Shown here piece after piece: positions 45,976 to 55,240 of a DNA stretch of 57,005 bases. The position numbers and the translations under genes were made by a program. Position 1 is the first letter of the stretch. The number at the start of each line of letters is the position of its first letter. The notes beneath the pieces are model-generated. The model was given only the letters and a program-made list of their open reading frames with translations. It ran no database searches and was not told where the DNA came from. Source of the stretch: a virus (lineage: Duplodnaviria > Caudoviricetes); IMG/VR virus record IMGVR_UViG_3300025667_000005, positions 1 to 57,005 of that record, one strand, 5' to 3'.

Positions 45976-46037
45976 ATGCTCTCCAAAGCGGTATCTGGGC
46001 GGTTGAGAGGAGTCAGCGCTTGCTTACTCCTATCTAT

Positions 46038-46048
46038 ATGATACACCA
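46038..46048 (-). promoter_or_regulatory. putative -10 promoter element
   Basis: TGGTG-TATCAT, same form as the element upstream of portal. Confidence 0.45.
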
Positions 46049-46049
46049 T

Positions 46050-46586
46050 CTACAGAGGTAATGCTGAGGGCCAAGGGTAGTCGTTTATACCAATATCCGT
46101 GGGACCGGGATCAAAAGCGAACTCTTGATCAAGGTAACGCTCTATGCCCTCAAACGTAATCAGAACGTCCCCACGAGCACGGCCTCGTACACGGTAAGCG
46201 TTGACAGAGTAGTAGCGCCCATCATAATAGAACATATCATTGAGGTGTTCTCGGTACTCTGAGACGTTAGTAATACCAGCATCCATTAAGTCCTGAACGG
46301 CCATTACCCCGTTTACGGTCTGTAAAGGGAGACGCCCATCAGCGTTGGACCTTTTATTGTCCTCTGCTTCTTGCATCTGGATGAGTGGAAGAATAACACC
46401 TGTCTCGTATTTCAGGCCGCCTGTAGATGCGGGTCCCTCATCATAGACATCATCATAGACACTACTAGTAGCAGCGTCCGTGCCTAGAGGTTTGAACTGA
46501 AACCATACTAAGGTTTCTCCGGCCTCTCTCTGGTACCTGTGATAGTTCTTTAGGATGTGAGTGGCTTCACGACGCACGTCAGTCAT
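46050..46586 (-). CDS. head closure / head-tail joining protein
   Basis: DDVYDE, D.F.YDGRYY.V; synteny. Confidence 0.65.
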   Translation of the reverse strand: MTDVRREATHILKNYHRYQREAGETLVWFQFKPLGTDAATSSVYDDVYDEGPASTGGLKYETGVILPLIQMQEAEDNKRSNADGRLPLQTVNGVMAVQDLMDAGITNVSEYREHLNDMFYYDGRYYSVNAYRVRGRARGDVLITFEGIERYLDQEFAFDPGPTDIGINDYPWPSALPL

Positions 46587-47383
46587 TATGGGTACCTAAA
46601 GCCAGTGACATACCCCTCTGGTGGGTCAGTGTCAATGAATATATCTGTACGTAGATCATCTTGTTCTTCTGCGATAGCGATTTCGCTGTCATCAATTGGG
46701 TTGTATACCCGCTCAATTGGACCGTAGTCACCCAACTCACGAGACTTCTGTACAGGAACGAGTCGGTTAGTGGAGCGAGAGGTACGCCGAAGGTTGAACA
46801 CTTCAATGCGGTCTAGACCGATATTGAGTGCACGAGCCTTCTTCTCATATTCTGTGGCCCAGTATTGCAGGATAGACTGAACCATACGGAAACGCTGGGA
46901 GGCAGGGATATGCACGGCTTCCGTGGTCGTCACATCAATGTCCCTACTGTACTCGGTCATGAGTCCCCAGAGGGATTCAATAAGGGCAGCCATACCAACA
47001 ACATCTTTTACTACTGTAGATAACTGGTCTGCCTCAAACTCAAGGTTATGTAGGTGTTGGTCTAGGGCCAACTTAGAGTAGAAGGTTAGGTCCGCTGGGA
47101 TAAGCCACTCATAGTAGTATCCCTCTACAAGAAGTTTAGTTCCCGAAACCTGCGAGCCAGCAAGACGAATAAGGCCGTTACGGTCGTCAAGAGAATAGTC
47201 ACTAGTAGTAAGTTCAGTCGTGGTGCTGCTTGCATAGGTTGCCACCCATACCTTTGAGGAGTCAATGTTAGTGTGCCCCAAATCAAAGGTGCGTCCGGTA
47301 ACCTCAAAGTCTAACTGGAAGAACTTAGGGAAGTCCCTGAGGTAGTTACGGGCTACCGTTTCTATTTCCTGAAGTGCGGTCAT
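46586..47383 (-). CDS. head-to-tail adaptor
   Basis: R.YLRD, DY.LD..NG.I, D..T.E...IP.SQRF; synteny. Confidence 0.7.
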   Translation of the reverse strand: MTALQEIETVARNYLRDFPKFFQLDFEVTGRTFDLGHTNIDSSKVWVATYASSTTTELTTSDYSLDDRNGLIRLAGSQVSGTKLLVEGYYYEWLIPADLTFYSKLALDQHLHNLEFEADQLSTVVKDVVGMAALIESLWGLMTEYSRDIDVTTTEAVHIPASQRFRMVQSILQYWATEYEKKARALNIGLDRIEVFNLRRTSRSTNRLVPVQKSRELGDYGPIERVYNPIDDSEIAIAEEQDDLRTDIFIDTDPPEGYVTGFRYP

Positions 47384-47389
47384 ACGTCT

Positions 47390-47395
47390 ATTATA
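47390..47395 (-). promoter_or_regulatory. -10 box of leaderless adaptor transcript
   Basis: TATAAT 6 nt upstream of ATG 47383, no SD. Confidence 0.55.
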
Positions 47396-47398
47396 CTA

Positions 47399-47545
47399 CT
47401 AATCCGTGGAGTCTGCTCCGGGCACAGAGTCCTGTCCGGGCTGATTAATGGCGGGATGCTCATCACGGATACGTGGTGGCGTGAACTTACGGACCTTAAT
47501 GATGTCGTTCTTGTCCGTAGACGTTGGTTTAGGTAAATCAGCCAT
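47399..47545 (-). CDS. 48-aa hypothetical protein (not in ORF track)
   Basis: MADLPKPTSTDKNDIIKVRKFTPPRIRDEHPAINQPGQDSVPGADSTD fills the gap and overlaps the upstream stop. Confidence 0.6.
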   Translation of the reverse strand: MADLPKPTSTDKNDIIKVRKFTPPRIRDEHPAINQPGQDSVPGADSTD

Positions 47546-48986
47546 TCTCTATGGCCTCAAGACGTTCAGTAATCTCCTGAAGGGCTTTGACCATAGGGGC
47601 AATAAACTCTGTGTAAGACAGCCCCATGTCCTGTCCTTCTTCTTTGCTAATAACACCAGCGTCGGGTGGGCAGATGGCTTCTACATCTTGGGCACCAAAT
47701 CCCCAGCGTTGCTTCTCTGGGGAGTTCTTAAAGCGGTATGATAAAGGTTTTAACTTATTAACAAAGGATAAGCCCGGTGACTCTTTAATGTCTTCCTTTA
47801 AGGATAAGTCAGAAGAAACCACGACGGGATTTGAAGCGTATACAGTATTAGCATGTAATAGTTGAAAATAGCCGTGAAGGTACCTCTTGGTGGCGTATCC
47901 CACGGTGGCGTTGACATCCGCAGATGGTGTTATGTTTTGGGTTACCAAGGAACCAGACAGGGTGCCACCGCTAGTTGGTAGGTACCCGTTAATGCTGCTA
48001 GTGACGATGTTGACGTTGCCGCTGCCATCAACACCGGATGCAGAACCCGTGACTACCCCAGATAGTGAGATTGTGCGGGCAGTTGGCCAGTTGGAAGGTA
48101 GTGACGTGGTGGTGGGTATTAGTCCTGACAGATCAATGTCTTTGTTAGCGCTTCCATCAAAGGAAACAGAGGCTACTGTAGACGCTCCATTTTTGACGGT
48201 CAGTGTCATGCTGTTATCCCAGTTAGCGGACGTGCCTGACACGTTTCCGATAAAGGAAGACGCTGTAACAGCGCCAGTGAAGTAACCAGTACCACTAGCG
48301 TACAGAGCGTGACCGCTGGTACCCGAAGAGTTGTTGATTGCTACACCCTGATTGGTTACCCGAAAGTCTGTGGTGGCTCCCACATAAGGGTTCTGTATCG
48401 TCTGTGTACTATATTTAGCGAGGTTGGTCCAACCATCTGCGGTGGTGTTTACATATATGGTGGACTGTCCGGTAGCAGGCGTACTACCAGTGAGTACCCT
48501 AACTTCACCGGGAGCGCCAGTACCCAGACTGGCCACTTCAGTGGGGTTCGCCTGCGGCATAATAAACACACGCTTATCAACAATACCTGTAATATATGAT
48601 GGAGCGTTCTTGTAATACACAGAAGCGAGTAGCAACTGTGTAGAGGAATCAAAGTCAGGGAACACAGCGTTAGATGCGTCAGTTCCATTTACTTGGGTAA
48701 TGCTGAAGGTACTACCAGACTTAGATACCACAATTAGCACGAACTTGTCGTCGCTAATTGGAGCAACCGTGGTTAAAGAGGCTGCCGAGGTTATATCAAA
48801 GTACTCACCATTCAGGTACCCGGATACCGCAGTGACGTCAACGCGGAGGTCGCCATTTTTAGTAGAAGCACCGCCACTGAGGACGCCAGATTTGCGGTAT
48901 CCGAGGGACTGGAAGTCACCTTTGTCTGGTTCTGCCTGATCCTGATATATACCAGAATCATTAACGTTAGGTACCGTGAATGACAT
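47538..48986 (-). CDS. fibre protein (head/neck whisker?) with C-terminal S74 chaperone
   Basis: FDGSAN.DI and TARTISLSG.VTGS fibre motifs; SDLSLKEDI...GFGAQDV...LSYTEFIAPMVKALQE. Confidence 0.8.
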   Translation of the reverse strand: MSFTVPNVNDSGIYQDQAEPDKGDFQSLGYRKSGVLSGGASTKNGDLRVDVTAVSGYLNGEYFDITSAASLTTVAPISDDKFVLIVVSKSGSTFSITQVNGTDASNAVFPDFDSSTQLLLASVYYKNAPSYITGIVDKRVFIMPQANPTEVASLGTGAPGEVRVLTGSTPATGQSTIYVNTTADGWTNLAKYSTQTIQNPYVGATTDFRVTNQGVAINNSSGTSGHALYASGTGYFTGAVTASSFIGNVSGTSANWDNSMTLTVKNGASTVASVSFDGSANKDIDLSGLIPTTTSLPSNWPTARTISLSGVVTGSASGVDGSGNVNIVTSSINGYLPTSGGTLSGSLVTQNITPSADVNATVGYATKRYLHGYFQLLHANTVYASNPVVVSSDLSLKEDIKESPGLSFVNKLKPLSYRFKNSPEKQRWGFGAQDVEAICPPDAGVISKEEGQDMGLSYTEFIAPMVKALQEITERLEAIENG

Positions 48987-48995
48987 TACCTATCC

Positions 48996-49271
48996 TTAAA
49001 GAGTATCGTAAATGTTACCGTGACCTTTAAGGTAGTTATATAGGTCAGGAGGGAGATCGTAATTAGAGCCATCCGTGAAGTCGTAGGGTTGGCCACAGTA
49101 GTACATGGTCCAAGTTCCCTTGACACGTGCTCGTACTGTATTGGGGGCGACAGTAACCGTAGGGGTTACCAGTTCAGCCTCTTCTACTTCTTCAGCAGGT
49201 GCTTGTTGTGGGCTGGCCTGCGGGGTCGTCTTACTGGTCGTCTTACTGGTTGTTTTCTTTTGTGTTGCCAT
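48996..49271 (-). CDS. small virion-associated hypothetical protein
   Basis: AAAGG SD; follows MCP. Confidence 0.7.
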   Translation of the reverse strand: MATQKKTTSKTTSKTTPQASPQQAPAEEVEEAELVTPTVTVAPNTVRARVKGTWTMYYCGQPYDFTDGSNYDLPPDLYNYLKGHGNIYDTL

Positions 49272-49332
49272 ATCTGTATACGTACCTTTCAAAGGTTTAG
49301 ATGTACATTATTAAGAGTGTAGAGTATAGTGA

Positions 49333-49365
49333 GGGGGGTCGGAACATATAAGGTCCGCACCCCCC
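49333..49365 (-). terminator. hairpin downstream of major capsid gene
   Basis: GGGGGGT(G)CGGA...TCCGACCCCCC stem, no U-tract. Confidence 0.55.
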
Positions 49366-49391
49366 AAACTATACCAATCGGGGCACTAAAC

Positions 49392-50498
49392 TTAAGCGAT
49401 AGCGCCGCCGAGGGTGTTGATAACCACTCGGGATTCGTGGGTGATGACCCCGAAGCCCCAGATGGCGTACCAAGCAAGGCCGTGCTCACGACCGAAGTCA
49501 ATCACACCACCATCACGCAGTTCAACTGGCAAGGCAATAGCCTGACCGAATGCGTTATCACCAATCATTACAGAGTTGTAAGCGTTGGCGTTGGCTTGTA
49601 CACCAGCGGTTCCGCTGTCGGTGTCCAATCCAGCAAGGGCATCAAGGGCTTCGCCAGAAGCACCGGTCAAGCCTTGTGATACTTGGGTAGTTTCAATGAA
49701 GACCACGTCGTATAGACGACCAATTTCACCGAGCATGAAGTTGCCGGGGGCGGCGTACTTAGTTACTTCAATGAACTCTGGCCAGTCACGGAGCGAACGG
49801 CTCTGGGACGGGTGAACAAAGCACACGTAAGTGTCACCAATGCGTGGGATGTTTAGTCCAGCAAGGGTTTCCACGGCATCTTTGATGGTCGTGGGTGACA
49901 AGTAGCCGGGTGACGCAGCGGTACCAACGGTACCACCATCGTAAGGTGAAACGGTGGTGCGAGCACCAGAAGCCTTGGTCCGACCAAAAGTAATGGAAGG
50001 AGGAACGGCAGCGCCGCCACCAAATGGAACGCCTGAGTTGTACAGGGTGTTCCGGGCTTCAATATCCATGCTTTGCGCCATGTGGCGACCAAGCAAGCGG
50101 GATGAAGAAGCCATAACATCATCAAACGAAGCGTTGAGAAGCAACTCGGTTACCGAGATGGCTTGTCCACGTTCAGAGACGGTGATTTGGATTTGGCTAG
50201 CCGACAAAGCAGTCGGTTCCATACGGGTACCCTCAGTAAGGGTAGCACCAGTATTTTCATCTACACCAAGGTTGGTGTAACGCATAAAGTTTACGGTAAG
50301 ACCCGGCATAACACCGAGTTCTGTCTTTTTAACAGCGAACTGCTCAAAACGAAGTACAGGCATTGCTTGGAACAAGATTTCCTTGCTCCAAATAGTCTGA
50401 ATCGCTGGACTGAGCGCTGTGTCTCCTCCGTAGCCCGATAACGACGACTGGTCCGCAGTCGTAGTTATGGAGCCACCTGATGGGGCGGGAAGTGCCAT
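49392..50498 (-). CDS. major capsid protein (N4-gp56 family, HK97 fold)
   Basis: LRFEQFA, LTEG, YVCFVHP, GEIGRLYDVVFIET, DFGR..GLAWY. Confidence 0.93.
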   Translation of the reverse strand: MALPAPSGGSITTTADQSSLSGYGGDTALSPAIQTIWSKEILFQAMPVLRFEQFAVKKTELGVMPGLTVNFMRYTNLGVDENTGATLTEGTRMEPTALSASQIQITVSERGQAISVTELLLNASFDDVMASSSRLLGRHMAQSMDIEARNTLYNSGVPFGGGAAVPPSITFGRTKASGARTTVSPYDGGTVGTAASPGYLSPTTIKDAVETLAGLNIPRIGDTYVCFVHPSQSRSLRDWPEFIEVTKYAAPGNFMLGEIGRLYDVVFIETTQVSQGLTGASGEALDALAGLDTDSGTAGVQANANAYNSVMIGDNAFGQAIALPVELRDGGVIDFGREHGLAWYAIWGFGVITHESRVVINTLGGAIA

Positions 50499-50555
50499 AG
50501 GTTTTATCCTCTAGTTAAGGTAACAATGTGTTACGTGTTTGTGGTTTTTTGGTTA

Positions 50556-51386
50556 CTAAAAGCGACCGTTGGGTCGCGCTTTTAGGAGCCTGTCCCTCAT
50601 TTGCATATACTCATTCATCGGCATATCACGGATTTGTTCCGCTGATAACTGCTGCTGCTCCGTTTGCATGTCCATAGGTCCTACCGGGGGCGCCGTAACC
50701 GGCGTTCCCCTCACTCCGCTTTGTGCGGACTGTCTTACTGCCTCCAGTATAGCACTACTACGCTCCCTAAGGACCGCAATAGAGTTCTGGACTTCTTCTT
50801 CGGAGGTACCCGAGACAAAATCCCTAAGTTCAGGGATAATAAAGTCTTCGGATTCCTGCATAGCACGCTGTGTAAAAGCGTTAAGATCGTGTATTGCCCG
50901 TTCCTTCTCAACCATTGCTGATTCAGTGGCTCGGGCTTCTTCAATAGCAGAAAAGCGTGCTTTCCACTCTTTGTCTGCCTCTTTAATCTTTGTGCTCCAC
51001 TCTTCGTCACGTCGTGAGAGCAACTCTTTAGCGGTCATTTCTTCTTCTTCACGCCGCTTGATAGCAGCGTTTTCGGCGTCTGCTCGTTCGGCAGCCTCTT
51101 TCTTTGCTGCTTCTCGTTCTTCCGTAATGGTGGTTAGTTGTGCTTCCATCTCTTTGACACGGTTGTCTGAGTCTTCTACTCGCTTGTACAACTTGTCTTT
51201 TTCTTGCTGACGGATTCGTTTGACATCGTTTTCGTCAAACATGCGTCCCTCAGCGGACTCTTCTACACCAGTCTGAAATCCTGTTTCAGCGATTTCAGCC
51301 ACTACTTCTTCAGGAACCTTGTTTTCGGGAGGTAACACTACTGTGTCCTCCGCAGGGTTCTGTGCTTCTGTCTGTTGCTTTGCCAT
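50556..51386 (-). CDS. capsid scaffolding protein
   Basis: Charged coiled-coil between portal and MCP; R.QEKDKLY, IRDMPMNEY. Confidence 0.85.
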   Translation of the reverse strand: MAKQQTEAQNPAEDTVVLPPENKVPEEVVAEIAETGFQTGVEESAEGRMFDENDVKRIRQQEKDKLYKRVEDSDNRVKEMEAQLTTITEEREAAKKEAAERADAENAAIKRREEEEMTAKELLSRRDEEWSTKIKEADKEWKARFSAIEEARATESAMVEKERAIHDLNAFTQRAMQESEDFIIPELRDFVSGTSEEEVQNSIAVLRERSSAILEAVRQSAQSGVRGTPVTAPPVGPMDMQTEQQQLSAEQIRDMPMNEYMQMRDRLLKARPNGRF

Positions 51387-51441
51387 TATCTTTAAACCTC
51401 TCTGGTTTTGCTATTATTGTCTTGATTAATGTTACTTATGA

Positions 51442-53103
51442 TTAAACGTCTCCTGAGGGAATACGACGCTGGGCGAACCTAGCACCATATGCCCTTTGTA
51501 TCAGTTTGTCTAACACCGATGCCTCTATGGCAGGGTCAACGAATGATCCGGGCAAGGGACCATCCTCTCCTTCCATAGGGGCAGAGCCACCACCTTCTTG
51601 CGTGAGCATTCCGGTAGTGGCAAAGATTGCTTGCTGGATCTGAGCGTTCACCATTTCAAGTGACCCCATGTCCATAGCGTCTTCCATCTGTTCCTCAAAT
51701 ATCTCAGCCATCTTCTCGTTAGGGAACTCTTCCCCGAGGATGCGTAGTGCACCCCTCTTGGATTCAAGGCCGAGAGCGAGTTTAGATTGAACCTCGTTCA
51801 GTTTGATAAGAACGTCTACAGGCAATGGCTCTGGCCAATGCACCGTAGTTTGATAGGTGAGTGGGTCCGCTGGATCCAACTCAATAGCATTGTCTTTTTC
51901 AGGAACCTCAGAAACAGACGCATCATAAATGAGCATCTGAGGTTCAAAGATAGCAGCGGTACGAATAACCAACTCATTAAGTCTCTCTAACCCGTGGGTG
52001 AAGTGAGACTTTTTCATTGTGTACCGGTTCATCATTGGCTGATACTGGATGGCCAAAGCGACACCGCTGGTATTTGAGATTGGCTGGGTCTGGCCGAGAG
52101 CGGACTCTGGCACACCAGTTATTTCGTGCATAGCACGCTTGATGTTCTGAATGTATTCAAGAGCACCCGCCATATTCCCTGAGGATTCAAGGTTGAATAC
52201 GTTGCTATCTTTAGGGAGGCCAGCCCAGACTTTCTTAGGACCTCTCTCTAACTGACTCGCTTTAGCCCCAGTGATGATAGTGACTGGTGCGGCGTGGTAG
52301 TTAATAATGTCAGATACTTCTGACATCTTCTCGTTGAGTTCACGGTTGAGCGGAATGATGTCCCAGATGTCACTCTGGCCCCACGGTGAAGAAGAGATGG
52401 AGGTATTAGTAATGTGTACGATTGGAATGTGCCCGATTGCGTTAGGGTATGAATCCACTAACTCATCATTAATATATTGCTCCACGGTATCATCCGTAAT
52501 GATCTCGGTGAAGGTATATACCTGACGGGTACCCTCACTAGCGGTTCCCCAGAAACGGTACTTCAACTTGAATCGCAATAGGCGAGTACGGTCGTGTGGG
52601 TGGTACTCAGGGAAGCAGTGCGCTGGGTTTAATGGGAGGATTCTAATTTTACCAGAGATGGGTATGCCAATAGGATCAACGTAAGGCTCTTCGTAAGCGA
52701 CCTTAACGAAGCAGTCACCGGTAACACTTGCCAACTGGCCCATCTCCCACAACACGTGGGCCTTTGAGTTATGTTGTTCCCACACCTTGTTAAGTAGTTG
52801 TGGGATAATAGCGTTGTTCTGCTCTGGTGTGCGGAACTGTACGCCCTTACCAAAGCAGAAGTTAGTGATGTAGTCCGACATGGTGCGGACGTAGTTCAGG
52901 TAGAACTGGGATTCACCAAACTCACGGCGGTAAGACCAATGATGCCCAAGGTACCACGCCCATGCGGCTGAGTAGCGGTTAAGTCGGGGTCCATGAACCT
53001 CAAACTCTTCGTCAGCAAGTTCAACTAGCCCAAGGGGTGATATAGCAACCGTGAGGTCGCTTGCTGACGCACGATATGAGGGTGACCAAAAGTCAACAGC
53101 CAT
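51442..53103 (-). CDS. portal protein (SPP1 gp6-like)
   Basis: VTGDCFV, IPIVHI.N...WGQSD, TSGVAL, W..PLP.D. Confidence 0.92.
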   Translation of the reverse strand: MAVDFWSPSYRASASDLTVAISPLGLVELADEEFEVHGPRLNRYSAAWAWYLGHHWSYRREFGESQFYLNYVRTMSDYITNFCFGKGVQFRTPEQNNAIIPQLLNKVWEQHNSKAHVLWEMGQLASVTGDCFVKVAYEEPYVDPIGIPISGKIRILPLNPAHCFPEYHPHDRTRLLRFKLKYRFWGTASEGTRQVYTFTEIITDDTVEQYINDELVDSYPNAIGHIPIVHITNTSISSSPWGQSDIWDIIPLNRELNEKMSEVSDIINYHAAPVTIITGAKASQLERGPKKVWAGLPKDSNVFNLESSGNMAGALEYIQNIKRAMHEITGVPESALGQTQPISNTSGVALAIQYQPMMNRYTMKKSHFTHGLERLNELVIRTAAIFEPQMLIYDASVSEVPEKDNAIELDPADPLTYQTTVHWPEPLPVDVLIKLNEVQSKLALGLESKRGALRILGEEFPNEKMAEIFEEQMEDAMDMGSLEMVNAQIQQAIFATTGMLTQEGGGSAPMEGEDGPLPGSFVDPAIEASVLDKLIQRAYGARFAQRRIPSGDV

Positions 53104-53142
53104 AAATTATAGGGTCCCTGAGTTGTGGAGGCTTCTACTGTA

Positions 53143-53153
53143 AGTATACACCA
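53143..53153 (-). promoter_or_regulatory. putative -10 element upstream of portal
   Basis: TGGTG-TATACT in intergenic gap. Confidence 0.5.
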
Positions 53154-53193
53154 TGAAATGCGGATATGTGGTTAGATTGACTACTGTTAGTGG

Positions 53194-53400
53194 CTAGTCA
53201 ACGAGAGAGGCGGTACCGGGGGTGCCCAACCGCTTTGCAACAGCAGCCTTAATAACAGATAGAGCAGCAGCAGCACCAGCGCTTACTACCAACTTCCAGT
53301 TATCCACACCAAGGTCCAGCAAACTGTTAGTGCCTAGAGCACCAAGGGCTGCTTGTACGAAGGTAGCAATGACACGTTCAAAAAGGTCACGAGTAAACAT
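53194..53400 (-). CDS. r1t-like holin
   Basis: ERVIATFVQA...W......AAALSVIK, two TM helices; AGGAG SD. Confidence 0.8.
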   Translation of the reverse strand: MFTRDLFERVIATFVQAALGALGTNSLLDLGVDNWKLVVSAGAAAALSVIKAAVAKRLGTPGTASLVD

Positions 53401-53427
53401 AAAGTCTCCTGTAGTAGGGGTTACTTA

Positions 53428-53436
53428 AGTTTAACA
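53428..53436 (-). promoter_or_regulatory. extended -10 upstream of holin
   Basis: TGTTAAACT. Confidence 0.4.
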
Positions 53437-53439
53437 CAT

Positions 53440-54591
53440 CTAAGCGGTGTATTCTTTACCGTGGTACATTGCCCACCCCTTGGCGATAGGTATCATCTCT
53501 AGGTTGAACTTACCATCTCCCTCTTCGTAGCGCACTACACACAGTCCTTGCTGCCAGTTTTCGTGCACTGTTAGTGGGCGACCATCTAGGTCAGTACCGC
53601 CCTTAGTAGAGGGAACCGCCCCGTCTGTTCTGGCCAAGCATCCGGGAGAGGCAGCAGTAACGGTGTGCGGCCCATCATAATAGGTCTTGGTCACTTCTGC
53701 CCATTCACGGCGATGGATGTGTCCATACAGAACGGACACCTTGTCACGGTTGAGGTAGGCATGTGCGGTGCTCCCATTAGAGCGCACGATGTCACCGTGT
53801 ATCACCTTAATGTGTTCGTTTATCCAGAGACTAGATGCCGGATACCCAGCGAGGTAGTCAATGTCAAAGTCATCTAAACGACAAAGGTAAGGAACACTGA
53901 GTACAGGCCAACTGTCTGGAGACATGCCCTTACGCATACCGAAGGCAGCGATAGCATTATCTAGCATGAAGTTTGTTAAGCGCTCTTCGTGGTTTCCCGC
54001 TAGCCAAGTGATCTTAGCATTTGGTGCGGCTGCCCGCAACTGACCACATATTACTGTGGCGCTGTCAATGGACGCTTGGGTAGTTCTCTGGAACGCTGGA
54101 GACACACGGTACTTACCTAAGTTAGGGAGGTCTAGGTTGTCACCAACAAGTACCACCATGTCTGGCTTCGTGTCCTTAACAATAGACAACGCTATAGAAA
54201 TAGCAACCTCATCGTGAGTGGCCTCTAACTCTCCGTCCTTGTTTCGGAAGTAACCGATCTGCATATCAGGAAGGACTACGCAGGTATTTAGTCCCGTCGC
54301 CTTCTTCTTGGTGGCAGTACCCTTGGGAAGTGTGATGGATGGTCCGGGTTCAAGAACAGGCCACTGTGGTCCGTGTTCCCACGACGGAGAAATCTGAATA
54401 CCGACCAAGTCATGAATATGCGCTTCACCATCTTCGTCCTTTGTGAGTGACTGATAAATGGAGATCTTCTTGATGTCCCCAATATCGTCAATGTCTATGT
54501 TCTGGCGGTCTAGGAGGGACGCTAGTTTACCGATAGCGTGCTTAGGTGGACCTTGATCTAGTGAGTCCGTTAACTTCTTCTTAGTAGCCAT
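53440..54591 (-). CDS. calcineurin-like metallophosphoesterase
   Basis: PDMQ, GDNLD, GNHE, HG, GHIH; GGAGG SD before MATKKK. Confidence 0.88.
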   Translation of the reverse strand: MATKKKLTDSLDQGPPKHAIGKLASLLDRQNIDIDDIGDIKKISIYQSLTKDEDGEAHIHDLVGIQISPSWEHGPQWPVLEPGPSITLPKGTATKKKATGLNTCVVLPDMQIGYFRNKDGELEATHDEVAISIALSIVKDTKPDMVVLVGDNLDLPNLGKYRVSPAFQRTTQASIDSATVICGQLRAAAPNAKITWLAGNHEERLTNFMLDNAIAAFGMRKGMSPDSWPVLSVPYLCRLDDFDIDYLAGYPASSLWINEHIKVIHGDIVRSNGSTAHAYLNRDKVSVLYGHIHRREWAEVTKTYYDGPHTVTAASPGCLARTDGAVPSTKGGTDLDGRPLTVHENWQQGLCVVRYEEGDGKFNLEMIPIAKGWAMYHGKEYTA

Positions 54592-54893
54592 TATTGGTTG
54601 TCCTCCGTCTGGTAGCATCCACAGGTTTCCCTGAGGTGTCTCTGAATAGTAGCAGATGACAGTGAGTACCCTTGTGTGGTCAGAACAGAGGACAGCCACG
54701 AGGAGGAGTACACTTTGCGTTGCCCACTGTTGGTGTCCTCCTTTATTTTGAGTAGCGCTCTGTCTAAAGCGACTTGCTCGTCATTATCTAAGGACGCACG
54801 AATAGAACCGAGAAGGCACAACCGTTTGTGGTCATTCCTCGTGGGTTTCTCTAGTGCCTCAACTAGGGTGACGGCGGGTTGTCCATTCTTCAC
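54591..54893 (-). CDS. small HTH-like hypothetical protein
   Basis: LSSVL...GY.LS..TIQRH....CGC; AGGAG SD. Confidence 0.65.
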   Translation of the reverse strand: MKNGQPAVTLVEALEKPTRNDHKRLCLLGSIRASLDNDEQVALDRALLKIKEDTNSGQRKVYSSSWLSSVLTTQGYSLSSATIQRHLRETCGCYQTEDNQ

Positions 54894-55003
54894 AGCAGGT
54901 ACTCCTTCTTGTGTTTTCTTAATGGTACGTTCAGTGACGAGAGCATTGCTCTAATCACGTCTTATCCAGTGTACCCCATCAGAGGGTCACCCGTGCAACA
55001 ATT

Positions 55004-55240
55004 CTAAACTTCGTCGCCCCGGCCACGGTGCCAGCCCTCATGGGAGGCTAGGCGCTCTACTGTCTTGTCTAGTTTGTTGTCTATTTGTTCGGTTCGACGG
55101 TCAATGTTTTTAAGGATGGTTTGGTTATCGGTGTGAGCGGTTTCATTCTCTTTACGCCCACGGGATGAGATAACAGCGAAGAGTCCCGTAATAAATGCGA
55201 TAATGGCGCCTCCCAAGGCGGTGATAAACTCAGTGGTCAT
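55004..55240 (-). CDS. membrane-anchored coiled-coil protein
   Basis: N-terminal TM helix, coiled-coil, terminal HxxWH. Confidence 0.7.
   Translation of the reverse strand: MTTEFITALGGAIIAFITGLFAVISSRGRKENETAHTDNQTILKNIDRRTEQIDNKLDKTVERLASHEGWHRGRGDEV

Noticed and set aside
33340-48986. Diversity-generating retroelement or invertible fibre cassette
   Set aside because: No reverse transcriptase, invertase or template/variable repeat pair seen; the two S74 regions are highly diverged
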